64,000 nucleotides of DNA from Octopus vulgaris (GCA_951406725.2 OX597836.1:34534001-34598000); one strand, 5' to 3'; positions 1 to 11,747 are shown, counted from the stretch's first letter. Notes: generated by a model from the letters alone, not told the origin. Numbers and translations: made by a program.

Positions 1-39
1 AGCATTACTTATAAAGCTGGTGTGCGTGCATATACGTGT

Positions 40-800
40 CGAAGGAGATGTGTGTGCGTCACCACCTCATCTCCAAAGGTTTCCGCCTCCATTTCCATCC
101 TACTTTCCATTCTGCCTCTGCCATCCTACCCATACACTGCACCACTTCCTACCGCCTTATGTGTGCCACCATTCGTTCTAATCCCTCCAAAATGCACACC
201 CTGGGCCGCTTTCTCCCTCTCACTTATTCCATCTTTTTTCCCCCTGCTGCCCACCATCCGTTGCACATTTCACATCACGCTTCATCCTCCATCTAAACCG
301 CCTTTTTCACAACTTTCTCGCTCGCACTCCTTCATCCTGTACCACCTGATGCCACAACACCTCCTCCCTCCCCTCCCTCCCAGATCCCCTCCCCTTCATC
401 CTCACTCCTACCCTTTCATTACTCCAACCCTGCCACACACCACTTTCTCCACTCTCTTCTCCCAGCTTTCCACCGCCTTCCTACCCCCCCTCCACACTTC
501 AATCTGTTGTTACCATTCTTCCTGATCCCCTCTCTGAAGCGGGGCGCTCATGGACCTGATCTTCAACATAAAACCTATACACTTTTTCGTCTGGCCGAAC
601 TTGTCCTCTCCCTCAACCGCTTTTCCTTCGCAGGGTGGTTTTACCAACAGGTCTCGGCAGTGGCTACAGGGACGAGAATGGGCCAAAACTATGCGAACCT
701 GTTTGTCAATTACGTTGAGGCTCAAATATTCTCTCAAAATCGCTGGTCCCACTCTCGTGCAATACGGTCGTTATACCGATGACTTTATCGGTATAACAAA
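40..800 (+). pseudogene. Decayed Penelope-like retroelement (N-terminal motif and RT fragment)
   Basis: ORF 36..296 has CVRHHLISKGFRLHF, resembling the PLE N-terminal C-x-x-x-x-L-I-P-K-G motif. ORF 507..782 has LAELVLSLNRFSFAGWFYQQVSAVATGTRMGQNYANLFVNYVE, and a frameshifted YGRYTDD follows, matching Penelope RT motifs (G.AMG..MGP.YANLF, RY.DD). Confidence 0.8.
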
Positions 801-1297
801 GCCCTTGATCTTTGTACGAATTCAGACAGTGGCGTTTGTCAATGGGTGTCAACAGTTCTGTCTGCGAAACGCGTTTCTCACCATGTAAACAACGAGTGTC
901 TGAAGCATCAATTTATTGTGCTTGAAAAACTATGTAGGCTCGCCTCATATCCAGTGCATACATTTTAGTAATGGTGAGTTTGCACCCATCTACAGATGTG
1001 TAGTGCTCGCTATTAAATGGTGTTTTACTATAAGCATTAAGCATTCCATTATAAGCACCAAGCATTGCACCTATAGAACAGCATTGCACCTATAGTAAGG
1101 TAGTCACACAATTTTGTAACAGCTGTATTTCTACGAACAGGATAATACGGTACCTCGACCCACAAATGTTCGTGAATACTAGGGTCGGCTTTTATACGGG
1201 ATCTATGGAAAATTCCCAATTTGGGGGACAAAAATAGGGAGTCGACTTTTACATGAGATCGACTATTACTGAAGTATATACGGTATATATATATAAA

Positions 1298-1450
1298 TAC
1301 AGTAATGCCTCGGTTATCGCAGTTGTTACATTCCAAAACGTCCCGCGATAGGTGAAAATCCGCGAAGTAGAAACAGTACTGTACGTTATATTTTTTTAAT
1401 CATTTTTATAATTTGTATATATTTATTTTATTGTAAATGCAAAACAACAT
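1298..1450. mobile_element. Tigger/pogo-like MITE end
   Basis: TA-CAGTAATGCCTCGGTTATCGC terminus; reverse-complement homology to the element at 51309-51530. Confidence 0.5.
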
Positions 1451-1505
1451 TACAGACGAATGTACGTAAGCTTAAATCCTTAAATAATAAAACCGTTTTC
1501 GTTTG

Positions 1506-1675
1506 ATGCCTGCGTAGACTTCAAACACAAAGGATCAACGAACTGCTTTAACATATTCGCATCACTAAGTGGAGCTCAAATATTTACCTTGATTCCACTG
1601 CAGAATGGGAGTTAGTGATACGAATATGTTAAAGCAGTTGGTTGTTCCTTTGTGTTTGAATTCTACGTAGGCATC
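1506..1675. repeat. Inverted repeat, ~63-bp arms
   Basis: gatgcctgcgtagacttcaaacacaaagg...catcactaa (1506-1568) vs ttagtgatacg...ctacgtaggcatc (1612-1675), few mismatches. Confidence 0.9.
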
Positions 1676-1762
1676 TACATTAATGGTTTCATTAATCAAT
1701 TAAAGGAGTCGCTTGAAATGGCCGTAATGAATTGACACCTGTATATATCTGTGTCACGCATT

Positions 1763-1845
<83 letters not shown>

Positions 1846-1959
1846 TATATACATATTTGAATATATATATATATATATATACGTGTATATATATATATAA
1901 ATATATTACATATATATACATACGCAGGAGTGGCTATGTGGTAAGTAGCTTGCTAACCA

Positions 1960-2188
1960 CACATGCGCAGTTAGTCGGTTGCTTCCTGTTGAGCTAGAGT
2001 GGACGTGAGTAAAAAGCTCCTTCCAACTAAAGAAAAAAGACCAAAAACGGAAAGTTGTCGAGGTAAGTGATTTTGTTTATTGTGAGTTGGGCATAATTTA
2101 TTGCGTGCCAATTATTATTTCAGTAGGTTGTGTCCAACTCTGAGACAATTTCGCCTGCGCTAGGCGGCTGCCGTTTTTGTGTTCATTG

Positions 2189-2222
<34 letters not shown>

Positions 2223-4212
2223 AGTGGTGGGGCGTATCCTCAGAATTCAATACAGTTACTGTTAAAATCACCGTTGGCGGTAGCCAGTGCTGTGTTTGGA
2301 TTTGTTGAATTTATTCCCTTGTCAGAGTACTTCGCAAGAAAAGTATAAAAATAAGCCACTATTGGATTACCTTTCGGACCTTTTTGTGGAGGTTGTGTTG
2401 CAGTTGCGGTGTTCCAGGTTCAACCCAGGCCGGGAGTACCGCAAGGCCAGAATATTTTTGCTGTGTTTTTTCTGTTTATTAACTTTCTTTTGAACTTCAT
2501 TTACCCCCCCCCCCCCTTTTGTTTTTTCTTTATTGCGACTTTCCGTTAATTTCTTCCCTTCTGTTGTGCTTTCTCCTTTTTGTTTTTTCAAAAATCTATC
2601 AAATTTATTTAGACTTTTGAACTTTTTTCTTCCTGCTTTTGAGTCTAATTTGAATATATTTTTTAAAAAACATGGCAATGAAAAATAACAAAGTTTTGGA
2701 GTGGGAAATCATACCACCCAAAAAGTGGTTGAAGGACCGTGAAGATAGGACGGTGGTGTTGAGAACCTACTCCAAGGCACTTGACACCATCGCCCTATTC
2801 GAAAAGACGGCAATTGAGGAGGAGTTGGAGGAGTATTTGCCAACAATTAAATTCATTTCCAGGGGTGTCAAATATGGAACGGTGTGGTTGCTGTTTGACA
2901 CCCCTGAAGAGGCTTGCAAATTTGCTAGCGAACCCTTGGAGGGTAAGGAAATCTTATTCCTGCCCACTTACAAAAAAAAGAAATTGATGAAAGCTTGGAT
3001 CTGCGGACTGCCACCCGACATAGAACCCGAGTGGATAGAGGAGACTATCCGCCGGGGTCTGGGTGACAGCGAAACTAAGCTCCTCAATGTAAAAGTTCTT
3101 CCTGCGGCTGCTTGGGTTGGCTCGAAAGCAGTTTTGACCCTGTGGACCCAATCAGCCAATCTGGTTTTTCCAGATTTTTTGAAAATGGCCGGGTGCAGGT
3201 ACCCGGTGATGCTTGAGGGTCGCCCCCCTAAGTGTCATCGGTGCTTGGAGTCCGGCCACATAAAGAAGAACTGTCCTCGGGAACAAAATAGGATCCCGGA
3301 ACAGTTAAGTAAAACCCCTCTAGAAGAGGGAACGATAACGGCCGAGAAAGCAGAGGACTCCTCAAGCAGAGGCCGAAAGAGGAAGGTGAGCAACAATGGG
3401 TGCTCACCAAAGGATAATAGGGATGAGGAGAGGAGGGCGAATCTTCCAGCCACGGAGGAGACGCACCCTCCCTCAGTTGAAAAGGGAAAAAAAAAAAAAA
3501 GAGGAAGAAAAACGGGACGTTGCCGGCTGTCAGTGTGGCACCGGAATGTCGCGGAACTACGTCGGTTGGGGTTGTGCCACCGACAAGAGAAGGAATACCG
3601 TTGGCGGAAACTGTGCCGCCAACGAAAGAACTGAATGTATTGGTCCTCTTCTATAGAGGAGGAGAAATTGAAAAAGTGATGGAAGAGCACTACAAGGGAG
3701 CACCTTTAGCCTTCACACAGGACCCCGAATGGCCTCCGCAGGTAGCTGTGGAGGCCGTGGAGTTCGACGTGACGCTAGGGCTAAAGGAGCTCAATGAAGA
3801 CTATAACTTGGTCCCGGGCGACGCGAACTCGGAACTTGACTACGTTCTGAGGGAGGCGTGGTTGATGGTGGAGGGCGCGGGCACAAGCTATTTCGAGGAC
3901 GATATGTATTATTAGTAATGGACTTAAGTCCAAAAATTGAAAAATTGTAAGAGGATTAATACCTCGTTTTGTATTAATAATGGACTGCTAAGCCCAAAAT
4001 TGGAAAAATTGTAAGAGGTTTAATACCTCGTTTTGTGTTAATCTTTTTTAAAAAGAACAATGTTTTAGAGAAGCAAAAGTCGGCGGGCGCTTTCTGTCTT
4101 CTCCCATCCTTATCATCTTTCTTTCATTATCATTCACCTCATTAATGTCCTCGTCCAGCCCGCAAAGCTAACTTAATCTGTGCACTGCCTTTATGGCAAA
4201 TGTTTTGAAATA
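1960..4212 (+). mobile_element. ORF1-only non-autonomous non-LTR retroelement (HAL1-like, L1/Tx1-type ORF1)
   Basis: Perfect 17-bp TSD aagtagcttgctaacca (1943-1959 / 4213-4229). ~710-nt 5' UTR, a single gag-like ORF and a ~300-nt 3' UTR ending in GAAATAAA. No RT or endonuclease sequence. Confidence 0.85.
2672..3915 (+). CDS. L1/Tx1-like ORF1 nucleic-acid-binding protein (RRM-like region + CCHC zinc knuckle), frame break at the A14 run 3487-3500
   Basis: ORF 2672..3634 has WICGLPPDIEPEWIEETI and PDFLKMAGCRYPVMLEGRPPK-CHRCLESGHIKKNC (CX2CX4HX4C). The -1 frame is open from 3481 to the stop at 3915; the joined product would be ~414 aa. Confidence 0.8.
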
Positions 4213-4355
4213 AAGTAGCTTGCTAACCAACCACATGGTTGCGGGTTCAGTCCCACTGCGTGGCACCTTGGGCAAGTGTCTTCTGCTATAGCCCCGGGCC
4301 GACCAATGCCTTGTGAGTGGATTTGGTAGACGGAAACTGAAAGAAGCCTGTCGTA

Positions 4356-4453
<98 letters not shown>

Positions 4454-5219
4454 TGTGTCTGTGTTTGTCCCCCTAGCATTGCTTGACGGATGCTGGTGTG
4501 TTTACGTCCACGTCACTTAGCGGTTCGGCAAAAGAGACCGCTAGAATAAGTACTGGGCTTACAAAGAATAAGTCCCGGGGTCGATTTGTTCGACTAAAGG
4601 TGGTGCTCCAGCATGGCCCCAGTCAAATGACTGAAACAAATAAAAGAGTAAAAGAGTATGCATACATATATATATATATATAGTCGAAATTTTCAGAAAA
4701 ACAAAAGGCGAAGACAGGTTTATGAACAACAAGCAGGTGTATTAGTTTGACGCTCGAGAAAGTGAAAAAGTATTTTGTTTCGAGCCTTTGCTCTTCAACA
4801 GAAAACACTATATATATATATATATATATGACGAATAAACAAAACCACGAAAAAAGAGCAACATGAGGGGAAGTTTAAGTTTTAACTCCGATCTTATTAG
4901 TATAACACTTGAGACTGAAGGTTCTTTAATGTTTCGGGTGATAGTCCTTCATCAGACAACTAAGAAAAAGAGGAAAGACAATGGAAAGAAGGGAAATATA
5001 TGTATGTATATATGTATGTATGCATGTATGTATGTATGTGTATACGTATGAATGTTTGTGTGTGTATGCCGCAGAAATTCCGATAATCAACTTTACTACA
5101 CTAATTTTTTCGTCGTGTCTGAGGAGAGAGAGGATGCAGAAGAGGTAAACAAAGATAAACAACCTCAAAAATCATCACCACTCCAGCCACCACCATCACG
5201 ACCACCATAACAACTTCAA

Positions 5220-5555
5220 GGAGGAGAAGAAGAGGAAGAAAAGGAAGAAGAAGAAGAAGAAGAAGAAGAAAGACAAGAAGAAGAAGAAGAAGAAGAAAGA
5301 CAAGAAGAAGAAGAAGAAGAAGAAGAAGAAAGACAAGAAGAAGAAGAAGAAGAAGAAGAAGAAGAAGAAGAAGAAAAAGAAAAAGAAGAAGAGGAAGAAA
5401 AGAAGAAGAAGAAGAAAGACAAGAAGAAGAAGAAGAAGAAGAAACAAGAAGAAGAAGAAAGACAAGAAGAAGAAGAAGAAGAAAGACAAGAAGAAGAAGA
5501 AGAAGAAGAACAACAACAACAACAGCAACAACAACAACAGCAATAACAGCAATAA
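5220..5555. repeat. (GAA)n/(CAA)n compound microsatellite
   Basis: Direct inspection. Confidence 0.95.
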
Positions 5556-6091
5556 AAACGAACTAAAATTAAAAGAAGATTATATGAAATGATAAACATG
5601 ATTAGGGGACGGGAAGGGTCGGACATATGTCATTATAGGGGTTTTCTCCGATACGATCTGTAAACGTCATAGAAAGAACACATGCTATGACAGATGTCAA
5701 ACTATGACTGATGAAGTAACCACGTGACGAAGGAATTTCAAAATCCCTGTGGTATGTTAGAGCAGGATTTGAAACGTTTCGGCGCAGCTGTTAGGTGGCC
5801 CTTATTTGGCGTCATTGGTTCAAGGCTATCTTATTTGACATCGTGATGGTCACAGTTGGAACGTTTTAATGTTTCTCTCGTTTTCTCTTTTTTTATTTCT
5901 CTCCTTGTTTCTCCTCCTTTCATTCTTTCTGTCTCTGTTTGTCTGTCTGTCTGTCTCCCCCTCTCTCTCCCTCTTCTCTCCCTCCCTCCCTCCCTCCCTC
6001 CCTCCCTCCTCTCTCCCTCCCTCCTCTTTGCCTCCCTCCCTCATCTCTGCCTCCCTCCCTCCTCTATCCCTCCCTCCGCTCTCCCTGCCTC

Positions 6092-6122
<31 letters not shown>

Positions 6123-6332
6123 TCTTCCTGCTTTTCTTTCTTTCTCCTCTTCCTTCTCAGTTTATGTGTTTCGGCATATTTCCCTTTATGATTATGAGAA
6201 GAGAGAGAGAGACAGAGTGCTTATGACACTCGTGGTTGATGGTAATGGTGATGCTGGTGGCCACGGCGGTTGCGACGGTGGTAGCAATAGTGGCGGAGTT
6301 GATTGTGATAGTTGTGGTGGTGTTGGTGGTTA

Positions 6333-6713
6333 GTTTGTTTGTTTGTTTGTTAAGCGAAACGGTCTTCGTCCCAGTGGGAGAAGTCCGAAACGTGGTCCTT
6401 TGCTATTCGTAAGACCCGCAGAAGAGAAAGCAGGTCAACCCCCGACACCGAGAGCATCGATGGATGGATGAATGCGCATCCAGGCTCAGCGGTTGCGTAG
6501 GAAGTCGGGGACAAGGAACAGGAAAAAAGAGGGAGAGAAAGTTGGAGCGAAAGAGTACAACAGGGGTCGCCACCCCCCACCCCCTGCCGGAGCATCGTGG
6601 AGCTTTAGGTGTTTTCGCTTAATAAACACACACAACGCCCGGTCTGGGAATCGAAACCGTGATCCTCCGACCGCGAGTCCGCCGCCCTAGCCACTGGGCC
6701 ATTGCGCCTCCAC
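6333..6713 (-). mobile_element. SINE family C, tail type 1 ((AAAC)n tail)
   Basis: tRNA-like head gtggaggcgcaatggcccagtggctaggg...ggtttcgattccc on the minus strand; 13-bp TSD tggtgttggtggt (6318-6330 / 6714-6726). Confidence 0.85.
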
Positions 6714-7879
6714 TGGTGTTGGTGGTCATGGTGTTGGTGGGAAATACCGAGAATAAGGTGGGGAGAGCGCAGTTGTCGGGAGAGTAGTCAATTTTGGGAA
6801 CCGATGTTGTTTTATCCCCTGATCAATCTCGATTCAGCAGAACTATGATGAAGGACGCTCCAAGTATGACCACCACGACAGAACCATCATACATTTACAG
6901 ATTACTCACATATTAGGAAATATAACGCTTTTTATATAATACCCTTAAAAATTTGATACTCATTTAAGAAGTCCATAAACAGAAAAGAGAACCTGAATAC
7001 ATTTAATTAATTTAATTGCCGGTAATTAAGTCATGAAAACCTATTTCTTAATTATTTTTAATCTCCCACAACACCTCACTTACATTCCTTTAATTTCAGT
7101 GGGTTTTAAATTTTTAAGAATAATTAAAAACATACTTTTTATTAAGCTTCGCCATAATTGTATCTTCATCTCCATCATTTCTGGAAAAACTTAAGAAGTG
7201 CTAACCTATTTCTTTTTTTTTTCTTTCTTAGAACTTAGCTTAGTCAGCAAATGATGGCCAGTACCCTCTCCCCTCCGTTTATTTATTTATTTATAAATTT
7301 ATTTATTTATCTTTTTATGTATTTTTTATTTGTTTCTTTATTCATATATTTTGCTTGGTCTCATGACACTGGCGGGTTGCGAGAGGGTATTAGGGATGAT
7401 GGATAATTAAATACTAATCAAGGGGTTGTCGAAGGAAATATCACCTCAGTATTTTATGAATTATGGCAGCGATCTGGTAGAGTCATTTGCACGCCGGGCA
7501 AAAATGCTTAGGGAATCTCGTCTGTCTTTACGCTCCGAGTTCAAACTCTGCCGAGGTCGACTTTTCTTTTCATCCTTTCAAGGTCGATAAAATAATTGCC
7601 AGTTGAGCATCGTGTCTGAGGTGAGGTGACAGAGGATGGCAAAGAAATAAACAAAGATAAACAACCGCAAAAATCATCACCACTGCAGCCACCACCATCA
7701 CGACCACCATCACCCTAATGGGGGCCTTAACTCCAAAATTTTAGTCATTTCTTTTATGATCCAAAACTAGGTCAAATGTACTGAATGAATCTTTATGAAA
7801 TTTGGAAATTATATTCTATGCATAAGGGCCATAACCCCCATGACACACATAAAAGCATATACACGGAAATGTAACTACA

Positions 7880-8045
7880 AGCGTGTTGTTGGCGATTTCT
7901 TTTCCTTCTTTAAAATTTTCCTTTCCTCCTTCCTGACGATGAGCTATGCTTGAAATGTCAAACTCTCTCCTTTCGCCGAGCGTCAAGTCAATTCCTTTCT
8001 TGTGCGTGTCCTTATGTTGTCCGTTTTTATATATAGAATTGACTA
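7880..8045 (+). mobile_element. Old copy of hammerhead-bearing PLE-like terminal repeat
   Basis: CTGACGA-tgagc-tat-gctt-GAAA-tGTC at 7933-7959; downstream sequence resembles the copies at 17575, 46410 and 59780. Confidence 0.55.
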
Positions 8046-8051
8046 TATATA

Positions 8052-8260
8052 CGGGGTGTCCCAGAAGTTGCGCACCATCCTGGTTTTTTAAAAGAATACA
8101 TCCTTATTGATTTCAAAAACACTTTATTGAAATTAATTGTAACAAATGCTCAAATCGAGCACCCTCTACAATAAGACATGCCGAGAAAATATAATAAAAT
8201 AAAATGCTTTAATTATTTTTTATGAAATCCAGAATGGTGCGCGACTTCTGTGACACCCTG
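8052..8260. mobile_element. Tc1/mariner MITE
   Basis: TIRs cggggtgtcccagaagttgcgcaccat / atggtgcgcgacttctgtgacaccctg with flanking TA duplication. Confidence 0.85.
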
Positions 8261-8266
8261 TATGTA

Positions 8267-8600
8267 TGGCGCATGGCTCAATGGTTAGAGCGTCGAGCTT
8301 ACGATCGCGAGGTTGTGAGCTCGAATCCCAGACCAGGCTGCGTGTTGTGTTCTTGAGCAAGACACTTTATTTCACGTTGCTCCAGTTCACTCAGCTGTAG
8401 AAATGAGTTGCGACGTCACAGGTGCCAAGCTGTATCGGCCGTTGCCTTTCCCTTGGATAACACTGGTGGCGTGGAGAGGGGGGGGCCTGTATGCATGGGC
8501 GACTGCTGGTCTCCATAAACCACCTTGCCCAGACTTGTGACTAGGAGGGTAACTTTCTAGGTGCAATCCCATGGTCAGTGTCGTGACCGATGGGGGTCAA
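8267..8600 (+). mobile_element. SINE family D (tRNA head + CORE-like domain)
   Basis: A box tggctcaatggttagagc, B box gctcgaatccc, CORE-like gtgttgtgttcttgagcaagacacttta; second copy at 12086-12425. Confidence 0.8.
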
Positions 8601-8610
8601 CAAGTCTACA

Positions 8611-8669
<59 letters not shown>

Positions 8670-8999
8670 TTTGAAAACGCCACTATAAAGATAAATTTTA
8701 ATTTTCTGAGACATTTTACATGTTTGGGTTCTTCTTGAAAAAAAATGAACCTTATCAAAAATATATATTTTTGAAAGTTAAGTGTAATAAAAAAAAGTTC
8801 ATAATTATTTCTTACTAGTCTCAACAGAGTCCACGTGGTGGTGTTTTGTGTGGGGGGACATAATGGCTGTCTTGTGCGTTGACTAGAATCGTTGGCTGTA
8901 ATAGTGAAAGTGACCGTTAGGTGTAATAGCAGTAGTAGCAGAGACCATTGGTCGTAGTAATAGTAGTGACCGTGGTGGTAGTGGTGGTATGCCACCTAC

Positions 9000-9039
<40 letters not shown>

Positions 9040-9049
9040 TTTTATCATA

Positions 9050-9083
<34 letters not shown>

Positions 9084-9093
9084 TATGATAAAA

Positions 9094-9134
<41 letters not shown>

Positions 9135-9175
9135 TATGATAAAGGCATATATATATATATATATCTTATGATAAA

Positions 9176-9244
<69 letters not shown>

Positions 9245-10257
9245 CATATTCATGGCTGTGTGGTTAACAATCTCGCATTGCGTCACGTAGTTTTGGGTTC
9301 AGTTCTACTACTCGGTATCTTGGGCAAAATAACTTCTGTTATAGACTCGACCTGAACAAAGTTTTGTGGTAGGCGAAAACTGTGTGAAAGTCTGCCCCAT
9401 ATACACGTGTGCGTGTGCATGTATGGACGGATGTCTATGTAGGTTATGTATGTATGTATGTATGTATGTATGTATGTATGCGTGTGTATTTAATAAAGCA
9501 TGCACACGGACACACATGCTGCAGGAACATGATATCCTACTCCAGGTTGTCGCTAAACAAGACAGCTTGATTTTATTAATATAAAGACACGCCATCGACT
9601 TATAGACAGGATATAAATCACTTTGGCACAGGCAATAAGACAGCTAGCTTTCACTTAATTATTGTAAAAGGGAAGACAATAATAATTGACGTTTCGTTTA
9701 TAACCCTTTGAACACAGAAATTGGATATATCAGCTCAAGATTTTATTACTGTTAACTGCAGAAAGTGGTTTTATGCCACGGCTTAAATAAATTTTTTTTT
9801 AAAAAAGGCGCACCTTATGCTGCGCAAAGCAGAGACACCCCATCTCGACCAAGTGACACTTTTTACAAACGACGATTTTCCAGATTTTCTTAGTTTTTAT
9901 CACATATTCCATCGAAAATATTTTTACAGAGCAAGAATGAATTACTGTTCGTGGTGGATAGGAAAACCACACCTATAGGAGATATTGAAAAAGTAGTGCA
10001 GAAGCAGTTAGTTTCAATTCTACTTTTGGCGGTTAATTAACGGAAATGACCAGGAAATTTGATTGCGCGGTTAATGAATTAACAGATAAAACCGTTTTTC
10101 GTAGTATTAATCTATTTCAGTATTGGGTACTCTTGTATGAAAGATGTGACTGTGATATACTCGCTGTATCATTTCGCTTCTTATTGGAGTTCAACAATTG
10201 GTCAGAAATTTGTGTAATGTAGCCGAATTCACGAGACAGAGAAGGAGAGATGAACAA

Positions 10258-10725
10258 CCTATTTCTTTACTACCCACAAAGGGCTAAACACAGAAGGGAC
10301 AAACAAGGACAGACAAGCGGATCAAGTCGATTATATCGACCCCAGTGCTTAACTGGTACTTATTTAATCGACCCCGAAAGGATGAAAGGCAAAGTTTACC
10401 TCGGCCGAATTTGAACTCACGACCCCGAAAGGATGAAAGGCAAAGTTTACCTCAGCCGAATTTGAACTCAGAACATAGCGGCAGATGAAATGCCTATTTC
10501 TTTACTACCCACAAGGGGCTAAACACAGAGAGGACAAACAAGGACAGACAAACGGATTAAGTCGATTATATCGACCCCAGTGCTTAACTGGTACTTATTT
10601 AATCGACCCCGAAAGGATGAAAGGCAAAGTCGACCTCGGCGGAATTTGAACTCAGAACGCAGCGGCGGACGTAATACCCCTAAGCAGTTCGCCCGGCGTG
10701 CTAACGTTTCTGCCAGCTCGCCGCC
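10258..10725 (-). mobile_element. SINE family B (Meta-domain-like) dimer
   Basis: One head and two bodies (plus an internal ~50-bp duplication) bounded by one TSD gagatgaacaacc (10247-10259 / 10726-10738). Contains gtcgactttgcctttcatcctttcggggtcgat...aagtaccag. Confidence 0.85.
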
Positions 10726-10926
10726 GAGATGAACAACCGATCTCCGAAGTTGAGCAGAAGTTTATCGCTCTCAGAGAATTGAAAATCAAAAGCTGTCAGC
10801 AATGGGGTTTAAATTCACAGCGCGAAGAGCCTAAACTAGTAGTCGATTCAACCAAAAATCATCACAATTTTGAAACCTTATCGACAATATATTTTTCGAA
10901 ATCGTGGTGTCAACAGTAAAATGCTG

Positions 10927-11347
10927 GGATCTTTTCGGTTTGAACGGCAGTTTTTAACATAATTTCTAGGTAACTAAAATATTTTAAACTTCGTATACTG
11001 GTAGAATGTGTTTATAAAACATCTTTTTCTCTTGGCTTTATAGAGAAAATTCTATAGTTTGTAAGATATTTGTTGTTTTTTTTCTTCAATTTCTATAATT
11101 TCAACCAATCAATGACGTCCATTGAGCTAAAAAAAAAACATTCTGTGCCGTATCAATATGTCCCTCGTTTAAGAAACAGATTGGGTTTATTTACATTTGT
11201 GAAGAAAAAAAGATACCCTTCCCCACCACCCCCACCCCTAACCCTAAAACAGATTGAAATGCAATAGATCGATACTAAGCTCATAATTATGGGTGACAAT
11301 TTCATATGTCACCGCTAGAAAAACTGCCGTTCAAACCGAAAAGATCC
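10927..11347. mobile_element. GG-terminated MITE with ~28-bp TIRs, probable 8-bp TSD
   Basis: ggatcttttcggtttgaacggcagtttt / aaaactgccgttcaaaccgaaaagatcc; flanks aaatgctg / aattgctg; second copy at 48476-48900. Confidence 0.9.
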
Positions 11348-11649
11348 AATTGCTGCTGAAGTATAAATGTGTGGATAAAAACAGACCTTCGCTCAATGAA
11401 AATTTATTGTTTTACTATTCAGTCATTAGACAGTAGCTAAAATTCAAAGTGTTTGCATTCATTTTATCGGAGCTACACAAGTCTAACGCTTGTGTAAAAC
11501 ATCTAGCAGGAAAAAAAACAAACCTTTGCAGTTCTATGATTGAATGACATTGATAAAGATATCTAGCAGTATATATCTTTAATGCATAAAGAAAAGAAAA
11601 AGAGTTAACATACATATATACATGTCTACTTTGTTTTTCTCAATTCTTT

Positions 11650-11747
11650 TACACTAGATGCAGCTAACACCTAAATACTTATACACTAAATGCAGCTAAC
11701 ACCTAAATACTTATACACTAAATGCAGCTAACACCTAAATACTTATA
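11650..11747. repeat. 32-bp minisatellite x3
   Basis: tacactaaatgcagctaacacctaaatactta repeated three times. Confidence 0.9.

Larger units (their letters stand above)
1923..4657 (+). mobile_element. SINE family A copy (head 1923-1959, remainder 4213-4657) split by a LINE-like insertion
   Basis: Head gcaggagtggctatgtggtaagtagcttgctaacca resumes at 4213 with accacatggttgcgggttcagtccc (B-box-like). It is collinear with uninterrupted heads at 29899 and 62832. Confidence 0.9.

Noticed and set aside
2672-3915. LTR-retrotransposon gag or processed host pseudogene
   Set aside because: There are no LTRs or PBS/PPT, a 17-bp TSD is too long for an integrase, and the motif pattern fits L1/Tx1 ORF1.
5655-5790. 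Hammerhead at CTGATGA (~5708)
   Set aside because: The following motif is GAAG, helix II is weak and helix III cannot be built convincingly.
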